Position numbers and translations under genes: made by a program. This document shows positions 38,395 to 47,893 of a stretch of DNA of 64,000 nucleotides, in pieces. Positions within the stretch are counted from its first letter, which is position 1, and the number at the start of each line of letters is the position of its first letter. The DNA comes from Elainellaceae cyanobacterium (lineage in GTDB: Bacteria > Cyanobacteriota > Cyanobacteriia > CAKZMO01). The notes beneath the pieces are model-generated. The model was not told the origin of the DNA and searched no databases. It worked only from the letters and a program-made list of their open reading frames with translations. The DNA is taken from positions 9,034 to 73,033 of the forward strand of contig JBHJHD010000011.1 of assembly GCA_050331115.1 (NCBI GenBank), written 5' to 3'.

Positions 38395-39695
38395 GCCTGC
38401 ACCTCCTGGGTTTCGGCCAGGATGGGGTTGATGTCGTTCCACAGCTGGCCGTTGTGACGGTACTCAAACACAAACAGGCTGCGCAGCAGCAGCTTATAGG
38501 CCTCTTCGCCCCGTACGTCCTGGCGCTGCTGCATAATTTTTTGCAGCAGGGGCCACTCATCCCCAGTGATCGCTAGGCTAAGCTCGTTGCGGCGCTGGGC
38601 GATGATGCTCTCTAGGCAGGCCTGGGAGATGGGCGGGTCCTCTTGCTGTAGGCAGCGGTTGAGCAGCACCAGCAGGTTGCGCACGTGGCCGCCGCTGATG
38701 CTGCAGAGTCGATTGAGGGTGTCAATGTGATCGAATACGTCTAGAACGTGATCTAAACGCTCCTGGGGGGGGCTGTTGGGAAAGGCCCTTGCCAGCACCA
38801 TCTGTCGCAGCAGCGCCATTCCCGGTTCGCAGGGCTGGCCACTCGGCAGCTTCACCGGCACCATGGGCAGCACCTTGGGGTCAACGCCAAACCGATTGAT
38901 TAGCCGGCCCAGCTCATTGGAGAACACCAGCACCAGGGGAATGGTGTACACTACGTGGCAGTTAAGCTGCTTTAGCTGGTCCCCCCGGTCTACAAACAGA
39001 TACTCCGGCTGCGATCGCCCCGAGGGCTTCAGGGAGCTGTCCACCCGGTCTAGGTTATCCACAATTACCACCAGACCTCGTCGACCGCGCTTTTTCAGCT
39101 CCTGGTTGGCGCGGGTAAACAGCTCGGCGTTGATGGCCTCTAGAATGCTGCTGGTGCGGGGCTCTAAATACTGCCGCAGGCGATCGCGCAGCCGGGGGCT
39201 CTCCCGAGTCTGGGCGGTGATTTTACCAATACCCAAGGATAGCTCGGCCTCTACGTCGAGGCTCACCGGAGTCTTTAGAAAAGCCGAAACCTCCTCAAAC
39301 AGGCTGGCGAAGTAGCGGGGCCGCAGGTGAATGTCAATGGCCTCTAGGCTGCCGCTCACCCGCTGAGCAATGGCCAACAGAATGTCGGTGACGTCGATAT
39401 CCGCTAGGTCAAGGTCACGGCTCGATTCAAAATAGACCGTGTGGAAGCCTTCATCCTCTAGCTCTGCCTTCAGCCGCAGCAGCTCTGTAGATTTTCCGCA
39501 GCCGATGTGGCCCGTGAACAATTGGCAGGTCGGTTCGTCAGTAGCGAGTATGGTAATCATGCGGCGCAGCTCACGGATGAGATCGCTGCCGCGCACTGGA
39601 GAAAAGTCGATGTAGTATTTCCGATCCTTTGGATCTTCAACTTTCAGCGTTCTGGTCGGATTACAGGCCCTATAGAAGCGGCGTAGATCCAGCAC
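38373..39695 (-). CDS. P-loop ATPase (AAA/KAP-like), partner of the downstream WD40 protein
   Basis: GHIGCGKST, LVVIVDNLDR and SGGHVR. The GTG start at 39695 has an AGGAG RBS. It overlaps the next gene by 22 nt. Confidence 0.88.
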   Translation of the reverse strand: MLDLRRFYRACNPTRTLKVEDPKDRKYYIDFSPVRGSDLIRELRRMITILATDEPTCQLFTGHIGCGKSTELLRLKAELEDEGFHTVYFESSRDLDLADIDVTDILLAIAQRVSGSLEAIDIHLRPRYFASLFEEVSAFLKTPVSLDVEAELSLGIGKITAQTRESPRLRDRLRQYLEPRTSSILEAINAELFTRANQELKKRGRRGLVVIVDNLDRVDSSLKPSGRSQPEYLFVDRGDQLKQLNCHVVYTIPLVLVFSNELGRLINRFGVDPKVLPMVPVKLPSGQPCEPGMALLRQMVLARAFPNSPPQERLDHVLDVFDHIDTLNRLCSISGGHVRNLLVLLNRCLQQEDPPISQACLESIIAQRRNELSLAITGDEWPLLQKIMQQRQDVRGEEAYKLLLRSLFVFEYRHNGQLWNDINPILAETQEVQAWLASSL

Positions 39696-39984
39696 GATGG
39701 TGCTCCTAACGGATAAGACGAGTACGTACGAGGCTCCATTCAAGTGTGCCTTGCCTTCCCCCTGACTGTGTATTACCCGACGGGGTCATACCGACCTGAG
39801 GGCTGGGGGAAAATCTAGACGGGCCCCGCTTACTTACTATAGTTACCGGGCTCCCCCTAGGTAACCGGGTTAAACGGACGCTATCCAATTTGACCACTCC
39901 CGCAGCTGGTCCGCTGCTTTAGCCTTACGGGCGATTGCTGCTATCGCGGCATCGGCTCATCTCGCAGTAGATCGCTTTAACTCA

Positions 39985-40585
39985 CTACTGGGTGAGCTGC
40001 CCCAGATTCTCGTAAATCTCCTCAATCGCACAGGTAAACCCAATGCTGGCAAACTCAACCTGCTCCCCAGCCCTATAGACTTGAGGTACCCATAAACTAT
40101 CCGACTTCCGCTGGAACCGCTCAACCAAAACCTGCTTTTGGTGAACCAGCACGTACTCTTCCAGTTCCAAAATCGATTGATAGTCAGAGAACTTATCGCC
40201 CCGCTCGCGCAGCGTCTCCGAGAGAGAATCGAAGGCCTCAGTTAAGTCTGACAGTACCTCTATAATCAGCTTTGGATGCAGAATGAAATCCTCGCTAGAG
40301 CTGCGATCGCGAGCATCACAGGTCACCGCCAAATCTGAGTAATAGAACAGATTCAAAGGCGGTAGCCGCACCTTCATATCGACCGAATAGGCGATACAGC
40401 TCGACCCGCGTAGGTGATTCACCAGCAGCGCCGAGAGGTTGCCCGTAATGATTACATGGGCTTTATTTACCCCGGCCATTGCCACAAGCTGACCCTGCAG
40501 GTATTCGTGCTTAATCAAACTCACCCGCTCAATCTCTAGGTACTCTTTAGGGGTGAAGTACGCATGGCGCTTGCTTGACGTTATT
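39985..40585 (-). pseudogene. Uma2 (DUF820) endonuclease-like gene, probably degraded
   Basis: YFTPKEYLEIER..KHEY..G.LVAMAG and PKLIIEVLS. The expected start reads ATA, YYSD replaces the usual YYPD, and there is an 8-aa insertion in EAFD|RGDK. Confidence 0.65.
40204..40227 (-). repeat. 24-nt small dispersed repeat (SDR-like) inserted in-frame
   Basis: TCTCTCTCGGAGACGCTGCGCGAG splits CGAT|CG; removing it restores EAFDRGDKF. Confidence 0.65.
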
Positions 40586-40618
40586 GTTCAACCTAGCTTG
40601 ACTTCACTGCGCTCGATG

Positions 40619-42457
40619 TCACCGGCCCACCGCTACCTGCATCGACTGACGCGTTTTATCGGCCTGGTCCAGCAGAGATTCCGCAAAGGCGATCGCCTGC
40701 TGATCGGATTTGCCTCCGGCGAGCTGGGCCAGCTCCTCGCGGCGCTGCTGCTGGTCTAGGGGCATCACCCGCACCACGGTGCGCACCGCATCGCTGGCCG
40801 TCTTGCTCCCTATATCATCGGCGGCGGGTTCGCTGGCGGCTTCTGCTTTCTTGGCGCGGCGCTTTGTCCCAGGCGGCGAAACCGACGGGGTAGCGATCGC
40901 TCCATCCCCCACCACGGCCTTACTGACGTGGAAGTGATTGTCGGCCATGGCCGCCACAATCGGCTGGTGAGTGACGCACAGCACCTGATGACGATGGCTG
41001 AGCTGATGCAGCTTTTCGGCGATCGCCTGGGCCACCCGACCGGACACCCCGGCGTCGATCTCATCAAAAATCATCGTCCCTACTGCATCGGCTTGGGAGA
41101 GGCACACCTTTAAGGCCAGCAAAAAGCGGCTCATCTCGCCGCCGGAGGCCGTCTCGGACAGCGGCTGCAGCGGCTCGCCGGGGTTGGGGCTAAACATAAA
41201 GGTGATCCGGTCCGCGCCGCTGACGGTAGGGGAAACGGGAGAGACCGCCACTTGGAACTGCACCTTGTCCATAGCTAAGGGCTTCAGCTGGCTGATGATC
41301 TGGTCCTGGAGCTGCTGGGCCGCCGCCTGACGGAGCTGGGTAAGCTGGGCGCAGGCCTCCACTAGTTTGGCCTGCTTCACCTGGTGGGCTTGCTCTAGCG
41401 CCTCCATCGACTGGCCGCCGTCGTTGAGGGCCTCTAGCTCCGTCTGCAGCTGCTGGTCGCGGGCGATCGCCTCCCCTAGGGTAGGGCCATACTTGCGGCA
41501 AATCTGCTTGAGCTGCACAATACGCTCCTCCACCTCGCTTAGCCGCTGGGGGTCGGTCTCTAGCACCTCGCCATAGGCATTGATCTGCCGCCCGGTTTCC
41601 TCCACGTGGGCCAGGGCCTCGTTGAGCATTTCCAGCATGGGGACAATGGTGGTGTCGTACTCCGCCATCGTGGTGAGGGTATCGTGGGCGCGACCCAGCA
41701 GGTCAGCGCAGGCGTCGCTGCCGTCGTCGGCTTGGTAGAGCAGCTGATAGGCCTGATAGCTATACTGCTGCAGCTCTACCGCATGGCTGAGGCGCTTGCG
41801 CTCTTGTTCCAGGTGGTCTAGCTCGTCAGGATTATCGAGGTTGGCCTCCTGTAGCTCTTTAGCCTGAAAGGTGAATAGGTCGAGCTGCTGCTGCCGCTGG
41901 GCCTCCTGATGCTTGCGGCGCTCTAGGGCCTTGAGGGCAGCCTGTGACGCGCCGTAGGCCTCGGCCACCACGGCCAGCTGGCTTTGCAGCTCGGGGCCGC
42001 CAAAGCCGTCGAGCCAGCGGCGTTGCAGGGCCGCCTCCCCGAGCTGCACGGTCTGACCTTGGGCGGTAATTTCCACCAGCCGCTGGCGCAGCGATTCAAT
42101 CTGCTGCTTATTCACCAGCATGCCGTTTACCCGAGAGCGGTTACGCACCCCGCCCCGCCCCGCGGTCAGCTCCCGGCGGCAGACCATTACCCCGTCCTCT
42201 ACGGATTCAATCTCCTGCGCGGTCAGCCAAGCGCCTAGCTCCGGCACCAGCGCAAAGCGAGCTTCGATTAGGCCGCGATCGCTCCCAGCCCGCACGATGC
42301 GCCCCGACACCCGCCCCCCCAGGACGGCGTCAATAGCGTCTAAAATAATTGATTTTCCGGCCCCTGTTTCTCCGGTGAGCACGTTGAGGCCATTGCCAAA
42401 TAGGAGGTCCAAAGAGTCGACTAGGGCAAAGTTTTCGACGTGGAGGGAGATCAGCAT
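40619..42457 (-). CDS. recN: DNA repair protein RecN
   Basis: LTGETGAGKSI, ASGGEMSRFLLALK, FDEIDAGVSG and VLCVTHQP. Confidence 0.97.
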   Translation of the reverse strand: MLISLHVENFALVDSLDLLFGNGLNVLTGETGAGKSIILDAIDAVLGGRVSGRIVRAGSDRGLIEARFALVPELGAWLTAQEIESVEDGVMVCRRELTAGRGGVRNRSRVNGMLVNKQQIESLRQRLVEITAQGQTVQLGEAALQRRWLDGFGGPELQSQLAVVAEAYGASQAALKALERRKHQEAQRQQQLDLFTFQAKELQEANLDNPDELDHLEQERKRLSHAVELQQYSYQAYQLLYQADDGSDACADLLGRAHDTLTTMAEYDTTIVPMLEMLNEALAHVEETGRQINAYGEVLETDPQRLSEVEERIVQLKQICRKYGPTLGEAIARDQQLQTELEALNDGGQSMEALEQAHQVKQAKLVEACAQLTQLRQAAAQQLQDQIISQLKPLAMDKVQFQVAVSPVSPTVSGADRITFMFSPNPGEPLQPLSETASGGEMSRFLLALKVCLSQADAVGTMIFDEIDAGVSGRVAQAIAEKLHQLSHRHQVLCVTHQPIVAAMADNHFHVSKAVVGDGAIATPSVSPPGTKRRAKKAEAASEPAADDIGSKTASDAVRTVVRVMPLDQQQRREELAQLAGGKSDQQAIAFAESLLDQADKTRQSMQVAVGR

Positions 42458-42890
42458 AAGGGGGACGGTGAGCTGGACGACGCCAGAACTAGTACATCAG
42501 TATAGTACGTCCAATAGACTCCTTAAGTTTGACACACTCTCTATAGGCTACAAGGGATGCAATAGCGGGTGAGGCGATAGTACCAGGTTTACGGTGGCGA
42601 TCGCAGAGCTATCTAAGGAATGGGAATTTTAGCCAGACTTCAATCTTGAAGATGAGCGGCTTGGCCACCGTGAGCCTGCTGAGGAACCTGTCGTCGCTCT
42701 GTGCGTCCAATTACTAGAACACTTCGGTAAACTTTGTAACTTGACTGTCGCTGACGCGGCTCACGCCAAAGGCTACGCAGTAGCCAGTCAGATGCCGAGC
42801 AGAGTCCAAGTCTATCTCTACTGAGATAGAGCTTGTAGATTGGGATGCACGCCGCCTAAAAATTTTTTAACAGATTTAAATAAAGAGGCT

Positions 42891-45260
42891 ATGGCTAGTA
42901 TCACCGTCACCACAGCAGCTAATTCAGGAGCAGGTTCGCTCAGAGAGGCGATCGCCAGCGCCAGCAGCGGCGACACAATCGTATTTTCGTCCCAGCTTGC
43001 AAATAAAACGATTCGCCTCGACGAGCAGCTTGTCGTCAGTAAAAGCCTCACCTTTGATGGGGCGGCCGCGCCCAACCTGACCCTCAGCGGTCAGAACAAG
43101 ACGCGGATTATGCACGTAGACTACAACTTTTCAGATGTTGTAATTCGAAACCTCGCCTTTGCCAACGGCCGCGCCGCCGACAACGACCCCAACAATAAAC
43201 CGCAGCAGGGCGGAGCGATTAAGCTTGGCGATCCCAATACGCTGGTGGTCGAGAACTCTCGCTTCATCAACAACGCCGCCGAGCGCGGCGGTGCGATCAA
43301 CGTCGGCTACGGGGCCAGCGCCACGATTGTCAATAGCGTCTTTGACGGCAATGATGGCACCCTCGCCGACAACGGCTTCAGCGCCGGGGCGATTTCCACT
43401 GCCGGGGGCGGCAAGGGTGCGAAGGTCGTCAACCGTAGGGGCGATCGCGAAGTGGGTGGTGAGGCGTTCCTCGATATTCGCAATTCCACCTTCACCAATA
43501 ACAAAGGCTCCTACGGCGCAGTCTATACCCTGCTCAGCGGCCTGCGGGTAGAAGACACGGTTTTTCGCAATAACGAAGGTACGCGGGGCGCTGGCGCCAT
43601 TTTCACCGATGGCGCCAACGGCACCGCCCAAGACGATAATCTGGGCGGAACGACAATTGTTCGCAACGTGGTAGCCGAGAACAACAAAAGTGGCGAACAC
43701 GGCGGGGCCTTCTATTTCTATGGGTATTCCGGCGATAAATACATTGTCGAGAACGCTCAAATAGCCGGCAACAGCGCTTTTCGCGGCGGCGGCATCGGGG
43801 CCCAGTCGGGCCGGGATAAAGACAACGGCGTTGAGCTGATTATTCGCAACTCGGTGATTGCCGACAATACGGCGTCATCCCAGGGCGGCGGCCTATGGAC
43901 CGACGTGAAGGACGGCGTCACAATCGAGGACTCGACCTTCTCGGGCAACCAGGTCACGACCCCCACCGGCGGCGGCGACATCGGTGGGGCGATCGTCCTC
44001 AACACCCGCGAAGAAGCCAAGTCGACCATCACCAACACCACGTTTGTCGACAACTACGCCGGTCGCCAGTCGGGCAATATCTGGATCGGCGGTCGGGAGA
44101 AGGCCAAGAATCTCACCATCACCGACTCTCGCTTTGCAAACAATCGCGCCGGCAGCAGAGATACGGAAAATACCGTCAACTTTGAGGTCAAAGAAGGGGG
44201 CGGCAACCTGGTCCAAAGTAAGACGGGCGTAGACACCGGACTGCCCAAGGCCAAGCTGGTGGAGACCCTGAAGCTCGACCCCATACCAACGGCGGGCGGT
44301 TCCAACAGCGGCGCGGGTGACCCGCCTGCTCCCACCACTGGCACCCCCACTACCGGCGCTTCCACAGGGGAAGACGCTGCGCCGCCTAAGTCAATGCCTG
44401 AGCCCACAGACGATAAGCCCCAAGACCCCATCGGCGAGTCTTCCATGGCGGGCGGCGATCGCCCCGTGAAGACGGGCAGCGGTGACGATACTGTAGTTAT
44501 TGGCGCAGAGGACAGCACTGTAAACGCCAAATCTGGCGACGACTTCGTCTACTCCGAGGGAAACATCTCCGGCAGCGTGCACACCGTTGACCTAGGTGCT
44601 GGTGAGGATAGCTTCTGGGCTACCAGCGGAGACAACGCCATTGCCGGCAAAGATGACAACACCATCGGCATTGGCAAAGGCGACGATACCGTTAGCACCT
44701 ACGGTGGCGATGACTTTGTCTACTCCGTTGGGGGCGGCGGCGGCGATAACACGCTGAGCCTGGGCGGCGGCGACAACACTGTCTGGGTTGAGGGCGGCAG
44801 CTATAAAATTACTGCCGGGGCAGGAGACGACGCTATTGGTCTGGGTGTCGGCGTCGATAGCGTCAACGCAGGCAGCGGCGACAACGTCATCTATACGATC
44901 GACGCCGCCTCCGCGGGGAATAAAGACATCATGACCGGTGCGGGCAACGACTACATTCAAACGGGAGCCGGGGATGACCGGCTCGACGGTGGCCTAGGTG
45001 ATATCAATACCCTTGCCGGCGGCGAGGGTGCAGACACCTTTGTGCTGCGGCAGGGCACTTATACCTATGTCGAGGATTTTGAAGCAGGGCGCGATGCGAT
45101 CGCGCTATCGGGCACCGGCCTTAGCGAGATAAGCATCAGTCAGGGTACCGGAGAGGCTGCTCAAGATGCCTTCATCAGCGTAGATGGGGCGATGGTGATG
45201 CAGGTGGCCGATACTCAGGCGACGGCGCTCGATGGCGGCAGGAGCTTTATTGGGGCATAG
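42891..45260 (+). CDS. Secreted beta-helix (GGAI-repeat) protein with RTX-type Ca-binding repeats
   Basis: TVTTAANSGAGSLREAI start, repeated GGA(I/F)...F.NN motifs, a Pro/Thr linker and G.G.D repeats ending GGEGADTFVL. ATG at 42891 has a GAGG RBS. Confidence 0.85.
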   Translation: MASITVTTAANSGAGSLREAIASASSGDTIVFSSQLANKTIRLDEQLVVSKSLTFDGAAAPNLTLSGQNKTRIMHVDYNFSDVVIRNLAFANGRAADNDPNNKPQQGGAIKLGDPNTLVVENSRFINNAAERGGAINVGYGASATIVNSVFDGNDGTLADNGFSAGAISTAGGGKGAKVVNRRGDREVGGEAFLDIRNSTFTNNKGSYGAVYTLLSGLRVEDTVFRNNEGTRGAGAIFTDGANGTAQDDNLGGTTIVRNVVAENNKSGEHGGAFYFYGYSGDKYIVENAQIAGNSAFRGGGIGAQSGRDKDNGVELIIRNSVIADNTASSQGGGLWTDVKDGVTIEDSTFSGNQVTTPTGGGDIGGAIVLNTREEAKSTITNTTFVDNYAGRQSGNIWIGGREKAKNLTITDSRFANNRAGSRDTENTVNFEVKEGGGNLVQSKTGVDTGLPKAKLVETLKLDPIPTAGGSNSGAGDPPAPTTGTPTTGASTGEDAAPPKSMPEPTDDKPQDPIGESSMAGGDRPVKTGSGDDTVVIGAEDSTVNAKSGDDFVYSEGNISGSVHTVDLGAGEDSFWATSGDNAIAGKDDNTIGIGKGDDTVSTYGGDDFVYSVGGGGGDNTLSLGGGDNTVWVEGGSYKITAGAGDDAIGLGVGVDSVNAGSGDNVIYTIDAASAGNKDIMTGAGNDYIQTGAGDDRLDGGLGDINTLAGGEGADTFVLRQGTYTYVEDFEAGRDAIALSGTGLSEISISQGTGEAAQDAFISVDGAMVMQVADTQATALDGGRSFIGA

Positions 45261-45287
45261 TGACAGATAGCCAGCGGCTTAGCGAAC

Positions 45288-45323
45288 AATCGGCGGCTAG
45301 GGTTAAAATCCTAGCCGCCGATT
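45288..45323 (+). terminator. Terminator-like hairpin
   Basis: AATCGGCGGCTAGG...CCTAGCCGCCGATT followed by TG TTCT. Confidence 0.7.
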
Positions 45324-45472
45324 TGTTCTATTGAGATAGCCAGACGTGATATACATGTTTCGTCTGCTCTATGGCTTATTACGCTAGCTCAGCCGCTCAG
45401 GACTGCCCTGTTGGCGTAAAGCCTTGAGATTCATTGCGATAGTTGACGGAGCGCTAGTTGTTGGGAGTCGAC

Positions 45473-45871
45473 ATGAATTCTTTTTATCAAGATCTACTGG
45501 GAAGGCTTACAAATCAGCTAAGCCAGACGCAGAAAGAAGCCACGATAGATCTCTGCCTATTGGGCATGTATGCAGATCATTCGATCTCTCTAGCAGAACA
45601 AGACTTTATTGAAGATGAGTCTATTACTCTAACCTGGGAATCTGGAGTTTCGTTTAATGGGTACGTGCAAAAAGCAACCGCGCAAGTCAGAGACGCGCAA
45701 GATGACCCAGAAGCGATGAAAGCGTTGCTTCAGCGCATTGGCGATCGCCTGGGAAGCGACGAGTCAAAGCGGGTCGCGGTCAACGAGCTTGAGAAACTGC
45801 TGCAGGCCGATGGCGTGGTTAAGACGGAAAAAGAATTTCTGTCTCAGGTGAGAGCAGCTCTGAGCCTCTAG
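45473..45871 (+). CDS. TerB-like protein
   Basis: GMYADHSISLAEQDFI and LLQADGVVKTEKEFL, two acidic metal-site-like motifs. GGAG RBS. Confidence 0.6.
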   Translation: MNSFYQDLLGRLTNQLSQTQKEATIDLCLLGMYADHSISLAEQDFIEDESITLTWESGVSFNGYVQKATAQVRDAQDDPEAMKALLQRIGDRLGSDESKRVAVNELEKLLQADGVVKTEKEFLSQVRAALSL

Positions 45872-45907
45872 GCCTAATCGGTTGGGCCCAATCAGTGGCG
45901 CTTCAAG

Positions 45908-46435
45908 ATGCGAATTTTTACTCCGCTGATCATCTGGACCGCTGGCATTCTGGTGACAGCGCTAGCTGGCGCGCTCACCAACGCCGTCAACGGCCACATT
46001 TCGCCCCTCTACTTTGTAAATATCCTGGGATGGGGAGACATGGAACAGGTTCCCCGAGCGGCAATCGCCCAGGGCATTTTTGAAGGTGCTGTGGTGGGGC
46101 TACTCTTGTCCACGGTTTTTACCGTTGCTACCGGGCTCATTTCCCGTTTTAGGTGCTCAGCTGCCGATGGCCTCAGGTATCTCGGCTATATACTTGCGAC
46201 CGTGCTGGTGGCCTGGGGCGTTGGCGGGGCGATCGCGGTTGGGCTAGCCCGCTTAAGCCCTGAGTTTTATCAGAACACCTTTCGCGGCGTGCCGGAGCAG
46301 ACGGGGGCGATGCTTCGATATGCCTGGGTGGGCGGCAGCATTGTAGGGCTGCAGCTGCTAGCGGCGAGCGGAGTTCTACTGGCCTTTTCTCTCATTCCTA
46401 GCTTGGTCTGTGTCACACTCTCGCGCTCAAACTAG
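45908..46435 (+). CDS. Hypothetical membrane protein
   Basis: Four hydrophobic segments and a duplicated (I/L)SP.(Y/F) motif. Confidence 0.65.
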   Translation: MRIFTPLIIWTAGILVTALAGALTNAVNGHISPLYFVNILGWGDMEQVPRAAIAQGIFEGAVVGLLLSTVFTVATGLISRFRCSAADGLRYLGYILATVLVAWGVGGAIAVGLARLSPEFYQNTFRGVPEQTGAMLRYAWVGGSIVGLQLLAASGVLLAFSLIPSLVCVTLSRSN

Positions 46436-46542
46436 CAGGGGTTCATTGAGCTTATTGAGAAGCAAGACCTAAGTAGCTGACCACAAGTAGACGCTGCTGG
46501 AGGCGAACCCTTAGTTAGGGTCGTTTATTTATGGTCCCCTGC

Positions 46543-47445
46543 CTATGTGCCATGGACAGATAGCGGTTCTGCAGCCTGAGGCTGGGCCGCAATCAGCTCC
46601 TCCATATTTTGAGCGATCGTTTGGCAAATGGCATTCAGCGGCAAGTCGTTGGGGTCGTGGCCAAAGGGATTCTCAATCTCTACGCCAATCTCCTCAATGC
46701 CAAATACCGTAAAGCTGACAATGCCCGTCACCAGACCGGTCCACACGCCCCAGGTATCCACCACCAAAAACGGCAGTGCGCAGCAGTAAAGCAGCAGCAG
46801 CTGCTTTAGGTGAATCGCATAGGCCAGCGGAATGGGCGTTTTCAAGATGCGCTCGCTGCCCCCCAGCACGTCCACAAGTTTATTTAGCAGCTCCTGCATG
46901 CCGTGGAGCTGATACAGCGGCAGGCGATCGCCCTCATACTGACGCTGCAGGTAGTCGCCAATCCAAAAGGCAATCTGCAGCGGTACGTGACCGGCTTGAT
47001 TGAGCGTTTTGAACTGAGATGGGGTGATAAATCTCTGGACGTCCTCGAACGATTCGCCTCGTAGGTGGTGCTTCATCGCAAAGGCAAAGGCGCTCAATAG
47101 CCGCACCGTTTCGGCCTTTGCCTGCCGCTCCTGGTCGCTGTGGGCCTGAACGTTAATCCAAATCTGCCGACCCAGGTTTCGCGTCGCGTTGACTAGGCTG
47201 CCCCAAAGCTGTCGGCCCTCCCAAAAGCGGGCATAGGCAGTGTTGGTGCGAAACACCAGCAGCAGCCCCAGCACCAGGTCGGGGATGATGCTGTTGAAGG
47301 GCAGCGCCACATTGATGTCAAAAGCATAGAGGACGGAGGCAATCGCGCCGATGGCGGTACAGAGCAGCGTGCGCGGCCAGATGGCTGGGATGACTGAACC
47401 CCGCCATCGGAGTGCGTCTCGAAACCAGTGTTGATCTACTACCAC
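46543..47445 (-). CDS. Bestrophin family channel
   Basis: LLVFRTNTAYARFWEGR, ERILKTPIP and EIENPFG.DPNDLPL. Confidence 0.95.
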   Translation of the reverse strand: MVVDQHWFRDALRWRGSVIPAIWPRTLLCTAIGAIASVLYAFDINVALPFNSIIPDLVLGLLLVFRTNTAYARFWEGRQLWGSLVNATRNLGRQIWINVQAHSDQERQAKAETVRLLSAFAFAMKHHLRGESFEDVQRFITPSQFKTLNQAGHVPLQIAFWIGDYLQRQYEGDRLPLYQLHGMQELLNKLVDVLGGSERILKTPIPLAYAIHLKQLLLLYCCALPFLVVDTWGVWTGLVTGIVSFTVFGIEEIGVEIENPFGHDPNDLPLNAICQTIAQNMEELIAAQPQAAEPLSVHGT

Positions 47446-47503
47446 CGAATCACCAACTTAAAGTCTACAAAACTGCGGGTTTTGAACTGATCGGGCTGTC
47501 CTA

Positions 47504-47641
47504 ATACCAAATGAATATAAAGATGCACATTAGGCTCACCCCGGCTGTCGCCATCCCCGACGCCCTTCGGGCAGGCTTTGCCAAAAGCAAGGGGGATTAC
47601 AGGAGAATCTCAATATATGCAGCCACACACGGAATTGGTAT
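47504..47641. mobile_element. MITE-like element in the bestrophin upstream region
   Basis: Terminal ATACCAA / TTGGTAT inverted repeats with inner symmetric TGCA motifs, plus an internal ATCCCC...GGGGAT stem. Confidence 0.5.
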
Positions 47642-47893
47642 AAGCGCCCAAACCAGCGGAATAAAAGGCCACTATGGCCAACTAAGTTGAACTAAGTCCC
47701 CCAAAAGTGAAGCTTTAGGGGGAATATTAAAGCTTAAGCGCGATATTTTCAGAAACCCCGTCCGATTTCAGCGATTCTTCTCAAAAACTCAAGATTCACG
47801 GTCAAAATGAGTAAATGTACAGCCGCTGAGCTGATATCAGAACTTGCGCGTAGCGCACCTTATCCCTAGGCATAGCGAATCAGATGCAACGCA

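Noticed and set aside
42725-42742. RpaB HLR1 site
   Set aside because: The half-site spacing is 1 nt rather than 2, and the second half-site is poor.
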